Assembly (NCBI GenBank): GCA_964016885.1
Contig: OZ024747.1
Location: forward strand, 32,302,001 to 32,366,000
Source: Eledone cirrhosa
Lineage: Eukaryota
Direction of reading: 5' to 3'
DNA length: 64,000 nucleotides
A model generated the notes under the pieces. The model was not told the origin of the DNA. It did no database searches and worked only from the letters and a program-made list of their open reading frames with translations. A program made the translations under genes and the position numbers. Shown in pieces: positions 1 through 12,504 of this stretch; position 1 is the stretch's first letter; each line of letters opens with the position of its first letter.

Positions 1-43
1 TAAATGCCCTGATAGCTCCGCTTGTTCGTAGTCTTGCCGCCAT
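1..43 (-). CDS. Probable 5' coding segment of a host gene running off the left edge (MAARLRTSGAIRAF...)
   Basis: The minus strand reads aagATGGCGGCAAGA with ATG at 43-41, a strong start context overlapping a YY1-like AAGATGGCGG. The peptide is Arg/Ala-rich with no acidic residues. Only 14 codons are visible. Confidence 0.4.
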   Translation of the reverse strand, partial: MAARLRTSGAIRAF

Positions 44-184
44 CTTCTAATTTGTCTTGCGGTACGTGATAAAAAAAAACAACAGACTCATCTCTGTTTT
101 TCCAGTAGCATTTTTTTTTTTTTTTTTTCAATCAGATCTCAGTTTCCAGTGCCGAAATAGCTTGTGGTCAGAAAAAGCTATCTC

Positions 185-420
185 ACTTACCGCTTTTCAT
201 AGGCGCCGCTAAATCCCACTGCTGGTTTCTCCTCTTCCACGTGCGTCCAACTCCTTAACACCGGGAGCTGCCAAAACTCGCGTCCACACCGTTGCTGGTC
301 ACCACTAGAGAGAGACCCTTCTGCTGGCCCTTCCGTTCGAGCATCCTTCCGGCCAAGCACCCTTCCGGTTGAGCACTCCCCCGCTTCCGGTCACCGCACG
401 CCACACCATGCCCACAATTG
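185..420 (-). promoter_or_regulatory. CpG/GC-rich promoter or first-exon region with ETS-type sites and a splice donor
   Basis: Three CTTCCGG (CCGGAAG) motifs at 346, 362 and 384; CACGTG at 238-243; minus-strand donor G|GTAAGT at 191-185. Locally CpG-rich in an otherwise AT-rich window. Confidence 0.45.
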
Positions 421-524
421 TTATGACTATTACTATTATAGCTCTTATTTCTATACTCAGAGTTATTGTTTATATTACTACTACCGTTATTACTGTTATT
501 GTTGTCCGTATAATTCATCGCCGT

Positions 525-633
<109 letters not shown>

Positions 634-709
634 CGAAGGAAATGTGGTAAGGAACCAGGTGGACCATAACGCACCAAAGTACTCAATACATAGGGTAGTA
701 GAGTGGGTA

Positions 710-826
710 ATAGGAACGAGTAGGACCCCGACGGCTGAGCTCAAGCCGTTTCGGCGGCTAATTATGGTCCAGAATTAGCCGTCGAAACGGTTAGAGCTCA
801 GCCGTCGGGGTCCTACTCGTTCCTAT
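710..826. repeat. Fold-back palindrome (54-bp arms, 9-nt loop) containing the 3' half of a hammerhead ribozyme in both orientations
   Basis: 710-763 is the near-perfect reverse complement of 773-826. The right arm contains GAAAC-GGTT-agagctc-AGCC-GTC (784-806), i.e. core GAAA, stem III and a GUC triplet. No CUGANGA is present. Confidence 0.85.
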
Positions 827-1024
827 ATATATATATATATATATAGTTGTTATATAGTAAGGTGCAATATTGGTTGTGTAAAATGGTCCAATAACTTTAT
901 GTTAGCAATATTAAGTTCTCCACGCTTTTGTATATCTCCAATTCCATTCAAGGGAACAGCTAGATGATGTAAAACGGAGTATAAGTATCAAAATGAAAAT
1001 CCGAAGGCAAGGTAAAATTCCAAT

Positions 1025-1110
1025 CATTTAATCACGACACATGTTTCAATAAGAGATAGATCGATTGTGAAGCCATGATCGATTATCACTGATCTCATCA
1101 GGTGAAAATG
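1025..1110 (-). ncRNA. Type I hammerhead ribozyme (PLE type)
   Basis: Minus strand: tcac-CTGATGA-[long imperfect stem II]-GAAAC-atgt-GTC-gtga. Stem I is tcac/gtga; stem III is minimal and contains the palindrome ACATGT. Confidence 0.8.
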
Positions 1111-3039
1111 AATTGTCTTCAAATTCTCGATATGAGGGAGAAAAAACGATGTTCTCTCACACAATTCATTCCCTCATATGAAGACACATCAGTCAGTCAG
1201 AGACAAGGCGACTGGTATTAGCTTTAGTTGAGGTCATAAAAGTTTTCAGACTTCTATCGCTGCAAAAGATGCTGGACATCAAACAAATCCGTAGGGATAC
1301 AGTCAGTCACAGTTAGAAGTGAGTGGGTACACACACACTCCACACCCGCATACATCGGCTCGATGTCAAAGAAAAATAAAAATAAATACACACATCAACA
1401 CAGTATTAAACCCGCAGAATTAGCGTGGGTGGGTACACACACACCCCAACACACACCGAAGCGATATCCGAGAAAAGGCACATATAAGAATGTACCAACA
1501 CAGCAATCACCGAAAAGTTAGTTCAGAAGTTATGTCGGTCAAATCTCAATCTGTCGATGTAAATCGGAAATATTGGGTTAACCAACGCTACACACATATA
1601 TACACACACACACGCGTGCGTGCGCGCAAGTAAGTTCAGTTCAGTGTTCTGCTGTACGTGTATAGATCCAATTGTAACATCCATATCTTCAAGTGTGCGT
1701 TATGGTAAGTGGTATATACACACCCGAATCGTCCAAAAAATGAGATATACAGATACATATGCAAATATTGTGGGTCAACATTCATTACAGCATTTAGTGT
1801 GGCAGTACACATTTAGAGATTACATTCATATTAAAAGATACAATCAAAAATACAGGTTAAAATACAACATGAAATTAAGCGGTTATAGAGTGCAATGGTC
1901 ATATGTGTGGCAAGCACGTGCGTCTTGTTTATATAGTGTGGCAGAGAGTTACGTGTAATAGAAGCATTTAAGCAGGTAATCAAGAGTGTTAAGGGGGTTG
2001 ATCTGGTAATGAATTCTTTATATGATTGTTATAGCCTGTGTGTGGAGAAATAATATAAGTATTAAAAATAATGTAAGCATTAAAAATATTGGAAATGCGT
2101 AGCGAAGCGATGATATGGATTTCATGCACTGCGACATTTTTATAGTCTGGGGAGCGTATTTTTCAGATTATATGTCCCTCACATAATCCACGACGATTCG
2201 ATATTGTGCGTTTGACAATCCAGTTAGAGAATCGTTGTCTGATGTTCGTTAGCTTAATACAGGAGGATGTTACGTTGCGAGAATCGACATCGAAATATTA
2301 CCCGGAAGTGTGTGTGGCTAAGGGAAGTTAATGCAAGAGGGGAGGTAACTCAGTGGTTTCTATTACTAACTATTAAATTGTGTCTCAAAATAATCCCTAA
2401 CTTATTTGGTTATGCGCAGTTTCTAAAAAATTTCTAAAAATTTAAAGTGTTTTAACTATAAAGTAGTCTATTAAGTTGTGCTGAAGTTGTTCGTATTATT
2501 GTAATTAACCTCCATCGTAGAGTGCCACAATTGAATATTATACACGACGAGCGAGATTTCTAAATTAATGATCACTGTGATTGTAGTCTACTCAAAGAAC
2601 CAGGCAAGGTGATTGCTGAATCACTTCAACACACAATGATCCCTGGTAAGTTCCGGGTCAGTGCATGCTATATTGGATGTCGAAAAATAATCATCCCCAG
2701 GGCCGACCAGAGGTCAATCCACACTCCTCATGTCTCCAATCTGACCATCAAATCATACATATATGTACAACCCATACGCCACTTGCAATACATTCACTGC
2801 ACTCAGCATACCGGTCGTACAGCTCATCAACGTTACTAGATTAATTAGTTTTCCATTTATCCAACGATGGCACTTCCTCCGCATAGCACCAACAATACAA
2901 TCAATTCAATGCTTACATTTTACATTAACTATAAAGTGGTGTAGTGCAGTTCAAGAAACTGGATGTAGTCACACCTAAAGTAGAAGTACAAAGGGGTATT
3001 CCCACTGTGAAGGGTTCTAGAGGGATGTCTCGATTTGTG

Positions 3040-5580
3040 TTATATTAGGTCAATGAGTGTGGGGATGTGGTATAAGGTGTGCCCCTGGTGTTTGATGCTA
3101 GAGGTGGTGTCTGGTTCAAGTCCGACATTGGGCTTAAAGTTTTGGAAGGAATGTCTGAAGCGGTGCTGGCAAGTTGCAAACACTTCAGATTTTTTGTTAA
3201 GTAGGTTACGGTTAGAGAAGATAATAGTGTGGGTCTCTAGTATACAGAGATTACAAAATTTATTAGGTGGTTTGTACGAAGTCGCGCTACCTATCACTTC
3301 CCATTTGAGTGTGTAAGGTTTATTTTTAGTTTTTAGATAGTGTATGTAGCTAGATAGTGAGGTGGAGTTGGCTAGACTGTGCTTTTTGAACGAGTGGATG
3401 TGCGAATTATATCTGATTTTGAAGCAGTTAGAAGTGGAGCCTACATAGGTTTCTGAAGAGTTGCTAGTTGTGACGGTGCATGAGTATATGATATTCTTGG
3501 TTAGGCATTCTTTATCTAAAGGGCAGGTTCTATTAGCTCTACAGTTACAATTATCCTGGGTGTTAGTCTGCTGGTTATAATGCAGTGCAGAAGTCCGGGT
3601 GGTAGCTATAGGATTTTGGACATTCGGGTTGTCGACCCCGGTGTTATTTCTTATACTAGTGTTATTTCTATTATTACTGCCGTTATTAGGGTTGCTTGCT
3701 ACAGAGGTATTTTGAAGGTTTACCTCCTGTTGTGATTTCGTTTGTTGGAAGTAAGAATTAATTTTACTTTTATTGCTGCTAGCTATGTGGTATGCTAAGT
3801 TAGGCGTCGTAGAGTATGAGATTTTAATAGTGTTTTTGTTTAAAAGGTTATGGTACTTGTGTCCTAGAGGGAAGTTTTTATCTAGTAGTGAGAAGAAAGC
3901 CCTAGGTATGTTGGTGGAGACGTTTAGGTTGAAAGGAGGGTTGAAAAATGTATTATTTCTTCTTCTATTTTTGTTTTTAGTGTCTGGTGTGTTGTTTCCT
4001 CCTAAGGTACTACGGTAGTTTCTGTGGTAATGGTTACTTTTGGTGGCACCCTCCGCTTTAGTGTGCGTGTGGTTGCTATTCATATTACTAGGTTTCCCCA
4101 TGGACATATTGTGCGAGATGATGTTGTAGCTATGTGTTTTCTTAGGTAGGAACTCAATCTCTATATTATGGCCGGATCTAGCTAATGCTTGATTATAATA
4201 TTACGAGTTTTTGCGAAATATGTTTGCGTCATAGGATAGATTAAAGATTCTATTGGATACCCCCTTAGAGATAGAGTTTAATATTGATCTAGGGTGATTA
4301 GACTTGGTATCCACGTAAATGAGTTTTTCGTTAGGCTTATGGAAAGGTGTATATATTTTTGAGTCTAGGTATAGTGTGGCGTCTAGGAAGTTAACATTTT
4401 TAGTGTTTTTGTCTATGGTGATACTAAGGTTAAAGTTTTTGAATGTCTTGTGCAATAGTTTTCTAGTTCTTTCTATATTGAATTTTTTATATTCTATAAG
4501 TAGAAGTGCATCATCGCGGTACAAACCACCGTTGAGGTATGGCAGGTCCTTGTGGATTTCATTAAGTAAGTATAGGCCGACCAAATCAGTGACCTGCGCC
4601 GAGTCACTAGATCCCATGGTTATGTCGAAGTTGTTGTGCGTATCCTTGCGGGTCCATAGTTGGTCCTCGAAGGTGATTATGGTTTTACGGGCCGCAAGGA
4701 TGACATCAATCTGGGCTCTAGTCAGGTCGCTATTGTTCATGGCCATGATTAGTGCCTTATTTAATAGGATAGGGGAAATAGAGGTGTAGTATGAATTGAT
4801 ATCAAATTGAATAAATTTTTTGTCCTTATTATTCTTGATATCTTTGAACCATTCAATAACTTCACCCGTATTTCCCCATTGTTTAAGGTGTATCTTGTGT
4901 TTAATTTGTGGGATGATTTTATCTAAAATTTTCTTGCTGATAATGCCAATGTCGGACTTGGAAGGGCAGACAAGTCTAATCGAGGGATTGCTAATGAAGT
5001 CCTCCTTATGATACTTCAGAGAGAATCTAGGGGGGTTTGGTGTGTATGGTTGTGTATGCTTCTGAAGTCCTAGTTTAGACACTATATTATATCCCTCTAT
5101 ATTAATATCCTCTAAATTTTTCATAGTAGTTTTCTTGTAGCTTTTATGTAGTTCATTATATATAAACTTTCTATAAGTATTATAATCCAGGCTGTATATG
5201 TTATTAGTTTTATCTGCGTGTACAATAATGTTATTACTAGTTTTGAATTCATTAATAGAGGTGTTACGTTTGTTTAAGAAGGTGTTGCTTCTATTACGGT
5301 GCTTATTGTATTTAATGTTCTTAACTAGTTTTACTAGGTCATTTTCAAAGGAGTTAAGTAGTGTGTTATGAAGGGGGCTTTTAAAGGTTTTAAAGCCGAA
5401 GGAGTCAAATTTGTTAGTATTATTAACATTGTTAGATCTGTTTCTATCATAATGGAATGACCTCCATCTCATTCTATTGATAATTGAATTTACACTGTTG
5501 ATCAGCAATTTCTCATATGTATTCTTGGATGGTATTGGTATGTTCTTGGTTGACATGGGGAGTTGGTCTTTGATTAGCAT
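3040..5580 (-). pseudogene. Naiad PLE polyprotein (reverse transcriptase plus GIY-YIG endonuclease), about 846 codons, one in-frame TAA at 4203-4201
   Basis: Motifs: KNIPIPS..RMRW, ADKTNN, QFDINSYY, TMGSSDSAQ, LYRDD, NFLD, FFNPPFN..KISYS, CNCRANRTCPL, IIY..YVG, CNLC, CQH. ORFs 4201..5580 and 3040..4107 are in the same frame and are joined by 31 open codons (YYNQALARSGH...). Confidence 0.92.
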
Positions 5581-5624
5581 ATTGGTAATTTATTGTATGT
5601 CAGCTCAACAGTATGGAGCAGTTA

Positions 5625-6971
5625 ATAGTATTAATTATACTATTTATGGTTATGCAAATACAAAAATCTTTTGTAGTTATATATATTTTTATAAACACTA
5701 AATAGTGGTAGGCAGTAATATATTACTACCTTATTACCAGTAAGATAAATAGCTCAATGTAATAACATCAGATGATTTACAGAGCAGTTATATGAATTAT
5801 AAGAATCAAAGAACTGTTCAAAACATTTTTATGCTTACAACTGTTTCCTCCAAACCGAGGTTTGGATTCTTCGGAGCAATTTATTATTGAATGAACACTT
5901 ATATGACCTCCTTTTCACCCAAGAGACATACAGATACATATGCAAATATTGTAGGTCAACATTCATTACAGCATTTAGTGTGGCAGTACACATTTAGAGA
6001 TTATAAGTTAGGGACTATTTTGGGACTATTTTGAGACACAATTTAATAGATAGTAATAGAAACCACTGAGTTACCTCCCCTCTTGCATTAACTCCTCTTA
6101 GCCACACACACACTTCCGGGTAATATTTCGATGTCGATCCTCGCAACGTAACATCCTCCTGTATTAAGCTAAAGAACATCAGGCTACGATTCTCTAACTG
6201 GATTGTCAAACGCCCAATATCGAATCGTCGTGGATTATGTGAGGGGCATATAATCTGAAAAATACGCTCCCCGGACTATAAAAATGCCGCAGTGCATAAA
6301 ATCCATATCATCGCTTCGCTACGCATTTCCAATATTTTTAATGCTTACATTATTTTTAATACTTATATTATTTCTCCACACACAGGCTATAACAATCATA
6401 TAAAGAATTCATTACCAGATCAACCCCCTTAACACTCTTGATTACCTGCTTAAATGCTTCTATTACACGTAACTCTCTTCCACACTATATAAACAAGACG
6501 CACGTGCTTGCCACACATATGAACATTGCACTCTATAACCGCTTAATTTCATGTTGTATTTTAACCTGTATTTTTGATTGTATCTTTTAATATGAATGTA
6601 ATCTCTAAATGTGTACTGCCACACTAAATGCTGTAATGAATGTTGACCCACAATATTTGCATATGTATCTGTATGTCTCTTGGGTGAAAAGGAGGTCATA
6701 TAAGTGTTCATTCGATAATAAATTGCTCCGAAGAATCCAAACCTCGGTTTGGAGGAAACAGTTGTAAGCATAAAAATGTTTTGAACAGTTCTTTGATTCT
6801 TATAATTCATATAACTGCTCTGTAAATCATCTGATGTTATTACATTGAGCTATTTAACCTACTGGTAATAAGGTAGTAATATATTAGTGCCTACCACTAT
6901 TTAGGGTTTATAAAAATATATATAACTACAAAAGGTTTTTGTATTTGCATAACCATAAATAGTATAATTAA

Positions 6972-6976
<5 letters not shown>
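5625..6976. repeat. Inverted duplication at the 5' end of the PLE
   Basis: 5625-6003 is the reverse complement of about 6600-6976, and about 6003-6672 is the reverse complement of about 1745-2405. ORFs 1620..1958(+) and 6463..6810(-) share the same translation. Confidence 0.93.

Positions 6977-7034
<58 letters not shown>
6976..7034. repeat. (TA)n microsatellite
   Basis: Direct reading. Confidence 0.97.
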
Positions 7035-7038
<4 letters not shown>

Positions 7039-7213
7039 TTATAAAGAATTAATATCTAGTATCATATATATACATACAGATGCATATCAATGTTATCAAA
7101 TATATAGGTTTTGTCTTAGTAACTTTGTGGTTCAATGCATGGGGTTGCAGAACAATAATATGAGAGACGTAAAATAAGAAAATTATAAAATTAACTTACT
7201 TACTAAAATATCA

Positions 7214-7293
7214 CTTCCAACTAATTAGTTTCTGGAATGGAATAAATATATTTTCCGAAGAAAATACAGAGAATCATTCCGTCGTCAGGGAAG
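7214..7293 (-). ncRNA. Type I hammerhead ribozyme within a probable solo PLE terminal-repeat remnant (about 7040-7520)
   Basis: Minus strand: cttcc-CTGACGA-c-ggaatg...cattcc-a-GAAAC-taatta-GTT-ggaag. Stem I is cttcc/ggaag; stem III is the palindrome ACTAATTAGT. Confidence 0.85.
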
Positions 7294-7737
7294 ACTATTC
7301 TCATCTAAGTATCCAGGCAAAGCGTGGACTCTGGAAACTTATTAAAAAATAATTCAGTGGATAGAAAATAGCAAAGCGTGGACTGAATTCCTAGCCATTG
7401 AGAAAATCACTGCCTCTGCGTCGGTGGCAAATTCAAAAAGAATCAATCACGTGACATCGAGGATAATCAGTGGAAAGTGGTTTGTTAATAAGACAGCGGC
7501 CTGCTTTGTAAGTAAGTTAATATATAAATATATATACATATATATATATATATATATTATTATGTAATAAACAACATAAGGCAATTATTCCATTTACCAG
7601 TGGTTTCTTAAAAGCAAAAGGTTTTGCTTTCAATCCTCAGAATTTGGATCTTAAAAACAAAAAAGCAAGCTACATGAAAGTGAGGCTGAAGAAGGAAAAA
7701 GGAAAGGAAAAATAAAAATAAAATAAGACTACCCATA

Positions 7738-7752
7738 CAACCACACATACAC

Positions 7753-7819
<67 letters not shown>

Positions 7820-8295
7820 TGTGTATGCGCGCACGCACGCACGCGTATACAAATATAAATATATTTCCCCCATACACATGTGTGTGCGTGCAGCGCGCAT
7901 ACGCGCAGGGTATGTTCTGTTGAAAGTGTCTCGTGAATTTATGGCTACAGTTGTATAGATTATACTTAGAAATTGTCTACAGAATTCCCTAAACCTTCGT
8001 CAATATACTAGAACCTTTAAGAATTTAGCTTTTAAGGAAACTTCCCTTCCTCCAAATCTATCTACCATGACTGACCCCATACTGATCTTACAGACACCTG
8101 TAAGCTAAAGAGAAAGCTAATGATAAGGATTGGCTCCAATCTGAATACAGAAATCTGTTTGCCTTTGTTCCTCTAAGAACAAACATATACAAACATTCAT
8201 ACATACACACACACACACACACACACACTCACACACACACACACACATACACACACACACACACACACATATCTACACACACACACGCATACATG

Positions 8296-8329
<34 letters not shown>

Positions 8330-8808
8330 TACACACACACACACATGCATATATACACACACATACACACACAAAAGCACATATACATACGCACGAAATA
8401 GTCAACGCATTCACACACTCTCACACATAAAAAAAATTTCAAATACAAATACATAGCCGCATACATACGCATACATGCATAACCACGCACAAGTGTACAA
8501 TCTATACACACACACATGTGTATACAACTATATGCACACACACACATATATGCATACATAAACACACATATAATTACATAAATACAAACGTACACACACA
8601 CATATATATACACGTACACATACACACACATATACATACATAGCTAAACAATTATACACATACAAATACGTATATATCATAAACACGCACAACAGAACAC
8701 AAACACATACACACACACACACACACACACATACACACACACACACATATACAAATATCAATATATACACACGCACATATGTACACACACACATATAACC
8801 ACACACAC

Positions 8809-8863
<55 letters not shown>

Positions 8864-8910
8864 CATGCATATACACATATACACACATACACAAACACGC
8901 ACGCACACAA
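7738..8910. repeat. Compound (CA)n/(TA)n microsatellite fields
   Basis: Long pure and degenerate CA/TA tracts at 7757-7816 and 8197-8910. Confidence 0.9.
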
Positions 8911-9286
8911 GGGGCACAAAGAATTGTTCTTTGTGTACCACAGAAAAGTATAGGATTTTGCTAAACTTGAGAGACACTTCCGCTTGCCTTAATTCAAAGA
9001 CTGAGATCTTCAGATGCTGTCCTCATCTGAGACCGCACCTGATCTGTAACTGGATTGACACTCCTATGAGAAATCAACCGCCTTGAACTCCTTCTCCCGC
9101 TCTTTACTTCTGCTACGGTTTTTATTTTACTGTTTCTACGTTCTGTACTCTTGTATACCTACATTTATTATATATTTTTTTCTCCCTTACCTCCCCTTAT
9201 ATTTTACCTCTATGCGGCCCCTACATATATTCTTTTAGCCTTGCCCTCCACATACCTATGTGTATGTGTGTGTATATTTGTGTGTA

Positions 9287-9358
<72 letters not shown>

Positions 9359-9718
9359 GATATGTGTGTGTATGTGTGTATGTATATATGTTTATACGTA
9401 TGTGTGTGTGTGCCTGTGTGTATGTATTTATATATGTATGTATTTGTATGTGTGTGTATATATGTGTATGTGTGGATAAGCCAGGTTTCTCTCATCCTGA
9501 AGATTGTAGGAAAATTTTTTTTGCTTTTAAGAAACCCTTGGTAAATGGAATAATTGCCTTATGTTGCTTTAATACTTTACTACTATATATACGTATATGT
9601 AAGGTCCTTATGATTTATCTAAGATTGAGTTTTACATACACACACGCATATACGTGTGTGTATGCGTATGCATGTGTGTGTGCGTGGTTGTGTATGTGTG
9701 TATATGTGTATATGCATG

Positions 9719-9749
<31 letters not shown>

Positions 9750-9826
9750 ATGTATGTATATGTGTGTGTGGTTATATGTGTGTGTGTACATATGTGCGTG
9801 TGTATATATTGATATTTGTATATGTG

Positions 9827-9861
<35 letters not shown>

Positions 9862-9894
9862 ATGTGTTTGTGTTCTGTTGTGCGTGTTTATGAT
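8676..9894. repeat. Inverted duplication of a ~230-bp degenerate microsatellite block (8676-8908 versus about 9680-9894)
   Basis: The non-repetitive anchors atcataaacacgcacaacagaacacaaacac and tatacaaatatcaatatatacac recur as reverse complements. Confidence 0.8.
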
Positions 9895-9942
9895 GACGAA
9901 AGACCGTGACAAGTGGGGAGATGCTGTGCTGATATGTTATCG

Positions 9943-9983
<41 letters not shown>
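9943..9983. repeat. (CAT)n microsatellite
   Basis: Direct reading. Confidence 0.95.
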
Positions 9984-10136
9984 GTTTAACGTCCACCTTC
10001 CACGCTAGCATGTATATATATATATTATATATACATGTATATCATCATCATCATCATTTTACGTCCGCTTTTCCCTGATTGCAAGGGTGGGACGGGAACT
10101 GATTATATATATATCATATATACATGTATATTTGTG

Positions 10137-10340
10137 AAGGCGAGTGGTTGAGTGGTTAGAGAATTGGATTCACCATCTTGAGGTTGTGGGTTCGATTCCT
10201 GGATCGGGCGATGCGTTATGTCCTTGAGCTAGACAGTTTATTTCACGTTGCTCCTTCTACCTGGAGTTGCGACCGATAGATAGTACTAGCAATTGGAAAG
10301 ACCAACGGAAACAATGTTTCCTCGGTCCGATTTGATGAAA

Positions 10341-10341
<1 letters not shown>
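10137..10341 (+). mobile_element. tRNA-derived SINE, family A
   Basis: A box TGGTTGAGTGG and B box GGTTCGATTCC, followed by gtccttgagc...tttcacgttgctcc. The tail is shared with the copy at about 12940. Confidence 0.8.
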
Positions 10342-10376
<35 letters not shown>

Positions 10377-10814
10377 AAGGCCACTGATCACTCGAAATTG
10401 CATCACTCGACCTTGAATACAGTGTGTGTCTCTGATCAAATCATTGGAATACTCAGCAGCCTTTGCACTCACCTGATCAATGAAACAATTGTTAATACTG
10501 TAAATAAAACCCTTTTTGTACATCCGACCATGTTATTCTTCACTCTTTCACTATTATTACTCCAAGAATAATCTGCATGAGAATTCTCGTAATCTCGCTA
10601 TCTTTTTGAGTCAAACAACGCCGTATGTTAAAACTATCCATAGTACTCACAACCTCTAACTGGATTACCTAAAACGATAACTTGTTATCCCATATATATA
10701 TATATATATCTATATCTATTATATATATATGTATGTATATATGTATTATATATATTGATGTTTAGGTTCACGTCAGTTTCAAGGTGTAGAGCTAGACAGA
10801 GTGTAATATAATAA

Positions 10815-11190
10815 TTGTTTCTACTTTTGGAACAAGGCTAGCAATTACCCAGTGTATTACTGGTACTATATTTTATCGACCCCGTAAGGATGAAAAGCAA
10901 TGTTAACCTCGAGGGGCTTTGAACTCAGAATAGCAAGGGCTGTAACTCTATGCGTCAAAGCATGGCGTCCGACCCTCTACCGATACTGCCTATCCACCGC
11001 CCTATAGTGTTATATAATAAATGTTTCTACATTTAGCACAAGGCCAGAAATTATCCCAGTGTATAACTGATACTTTATTTTATTGACCCAATAAGGATGA
11101 AAGGCAAAGTTAACCTCGGTGTAATAGAGTGTAATGTAATAATTGTTTCTACGTTAGGCACAAGGCCAGCAATTAGCCAGTGCATTACGA
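10815..11190 (-). mobile_element. SINE family B: one full copy (10815-11003) and two partial copies
   Basis: Reverse complement of the motif gcctttcatccttacggggtcgataaaataaagtaccagtaa...ggccttgtgcctaaagtagaaac seen at 11333-11512. Confidence 0.8.
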
Positions 11191-11332
11191 GGACTACAGA
11201 GACCTGGTGAGCTTTTGATTCCAGAGTTGGGGCAGATTGATAGAGATCAAACCATGAGCTGATCAGTAATGAAACGCCCGTCACCAACCAATAAATGTAA
11301 TGAAGGAGTAATCATTCGTCCTCATATTATTA

Positions 11333-11512
11333 TGTGGATTGGCAGTATCGGTAGAGGGTCGGACGCCATGCTTTCCAGCACAGTTACGTCTCTTTACGAT
11401 CTGAGTTCAAATCCCGCTGAGGTTGACTTTGCCTTTCATCCTTACGGGGTCGATAAAATAAAGTACCAGTAATGCACTGGGTAATTGTTGGCCTTGTGCC
11501 TAAAGTAGAAAC
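11333..11512 (+). mobile_element. tRNA-derived SINE, family B
   Basis: A-box-like TGGCAGTATCGG, B box GAGTTCAAATCC and conserved body gactttgcctttcatccttacggggtcgataaaa. Many further copies lie in the window. Confidence 0.85.
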
Positions 11513-11515
11513 ACT

Positions 11516-11553
<38 letters not shown>

Positions 11554-12504
11554 ACTATATATATGCATTATTTTTAATTCTTTACTCTCCTCAGCCATAA
11601 ATTTGTGACCATGTCAGGGCATGATTCATACTTTTAAATATGCATATAGAACCATATATCTATGTTGACTGTAATAATTCCATATTAACATACATACATA
11701 AATATATACACACACACTCACTCATATATATACACACACATATATATATAGACACACACTTACATATATATATTATTTATATATATAATTAGATTTATTG
11801 ACTGCTAGCGAGATCATATTTTCTGTTTTATATTTCATCATTGTCTTTTCTCTCTCTCTCTCTATCTTGCTCTCATGCACAATCATACATAATCACACAC
11901 AAATCTACACACTCACACAAACCTCACAGACACATATACACATAACCCCATACCCAGACACCCACAATTGCACACAAACCTACACACATACACACACACC
12001 TACACACACATGCACTAATCTACATAGAACAAACCTCATATAAACAGCCACCACTCGGAAGTACATCTAACGCACATTAAATCTCAATTTAGATGCTAGG
12101 TTTTAGAATATCTTTTTGTTTTTATTGTGGCATTAAAAAGAAACTAAATAATTCTGTTTGTTAACATTTTTATACAATTCTTCCTCTCTTTCTGCTTCTG
12201 TTTCTTGTCTTGTTTACATTGTTGTGTCAATGATTTTTTTTTGCTTGCTTGGTTCATTATGTTTATGAGTGCAAATATGTGTGTATGCATTTATGTTCAA
12301 ATGCAGGTGGGTGTTGGTGTGTGTGTGTGTATGTTCAAATGCAGGTGCGTGTTGGTGTGTATATATGTGTGTGTGTGTGTGATTATTTTGTTTACATTTA
12401 TGCTTATAACTATCTGTGTCTTGTGTGGCTGCTTCTCTTATAATTTGTCTTGTAACTATATATTGTATTATGTTTATGTTTACAATCATGCTTGTGTTTG
12501 CACA

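Larger units (their letters stand above)
846..6976 (-). mobile_element. Penelope-like retroelement, Naiad clade, near full length, with duplicated and inverted terminal sequence
   Basis: RT plus C-terminal GIY-YIG ORF (5580-3040); hammerhead at about 1025-1110; flank sequence shared between both sides of the ORF; bounded on both sides by (TA)n. The outer limits are inferred from the TA tracts. Confidence 0.8.

Noticed and set aside
1620-1958. ORF duplicated at 6463..6810, suggesting a conserved small protein
   Set aside because: The similarity comes from the DNA-level inverted duplication. The ORF is antisense to the element, has no recognisable domain, and the third partial copy has a stop upstream.
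4201-4203. Internal stop of the large Naiad as a selenocysteine or programmed readthrough site
   Set aside because: The codon is TAA, not TGA, and is not at a conserved Cys; a simple nonsense mutation or base error is more likely.
3035-5011. Plus-strand ORFs 3035..3316, 3773..4018, 4319..4789 and 4820..5011
   Set aside because: They are antisense shadows of the PLE ORF.
10137-10210. tRNA gene
   Set aside because: It has A and B boxes but no complete cloverleaf, and it continues into a multi-copy SINE body.
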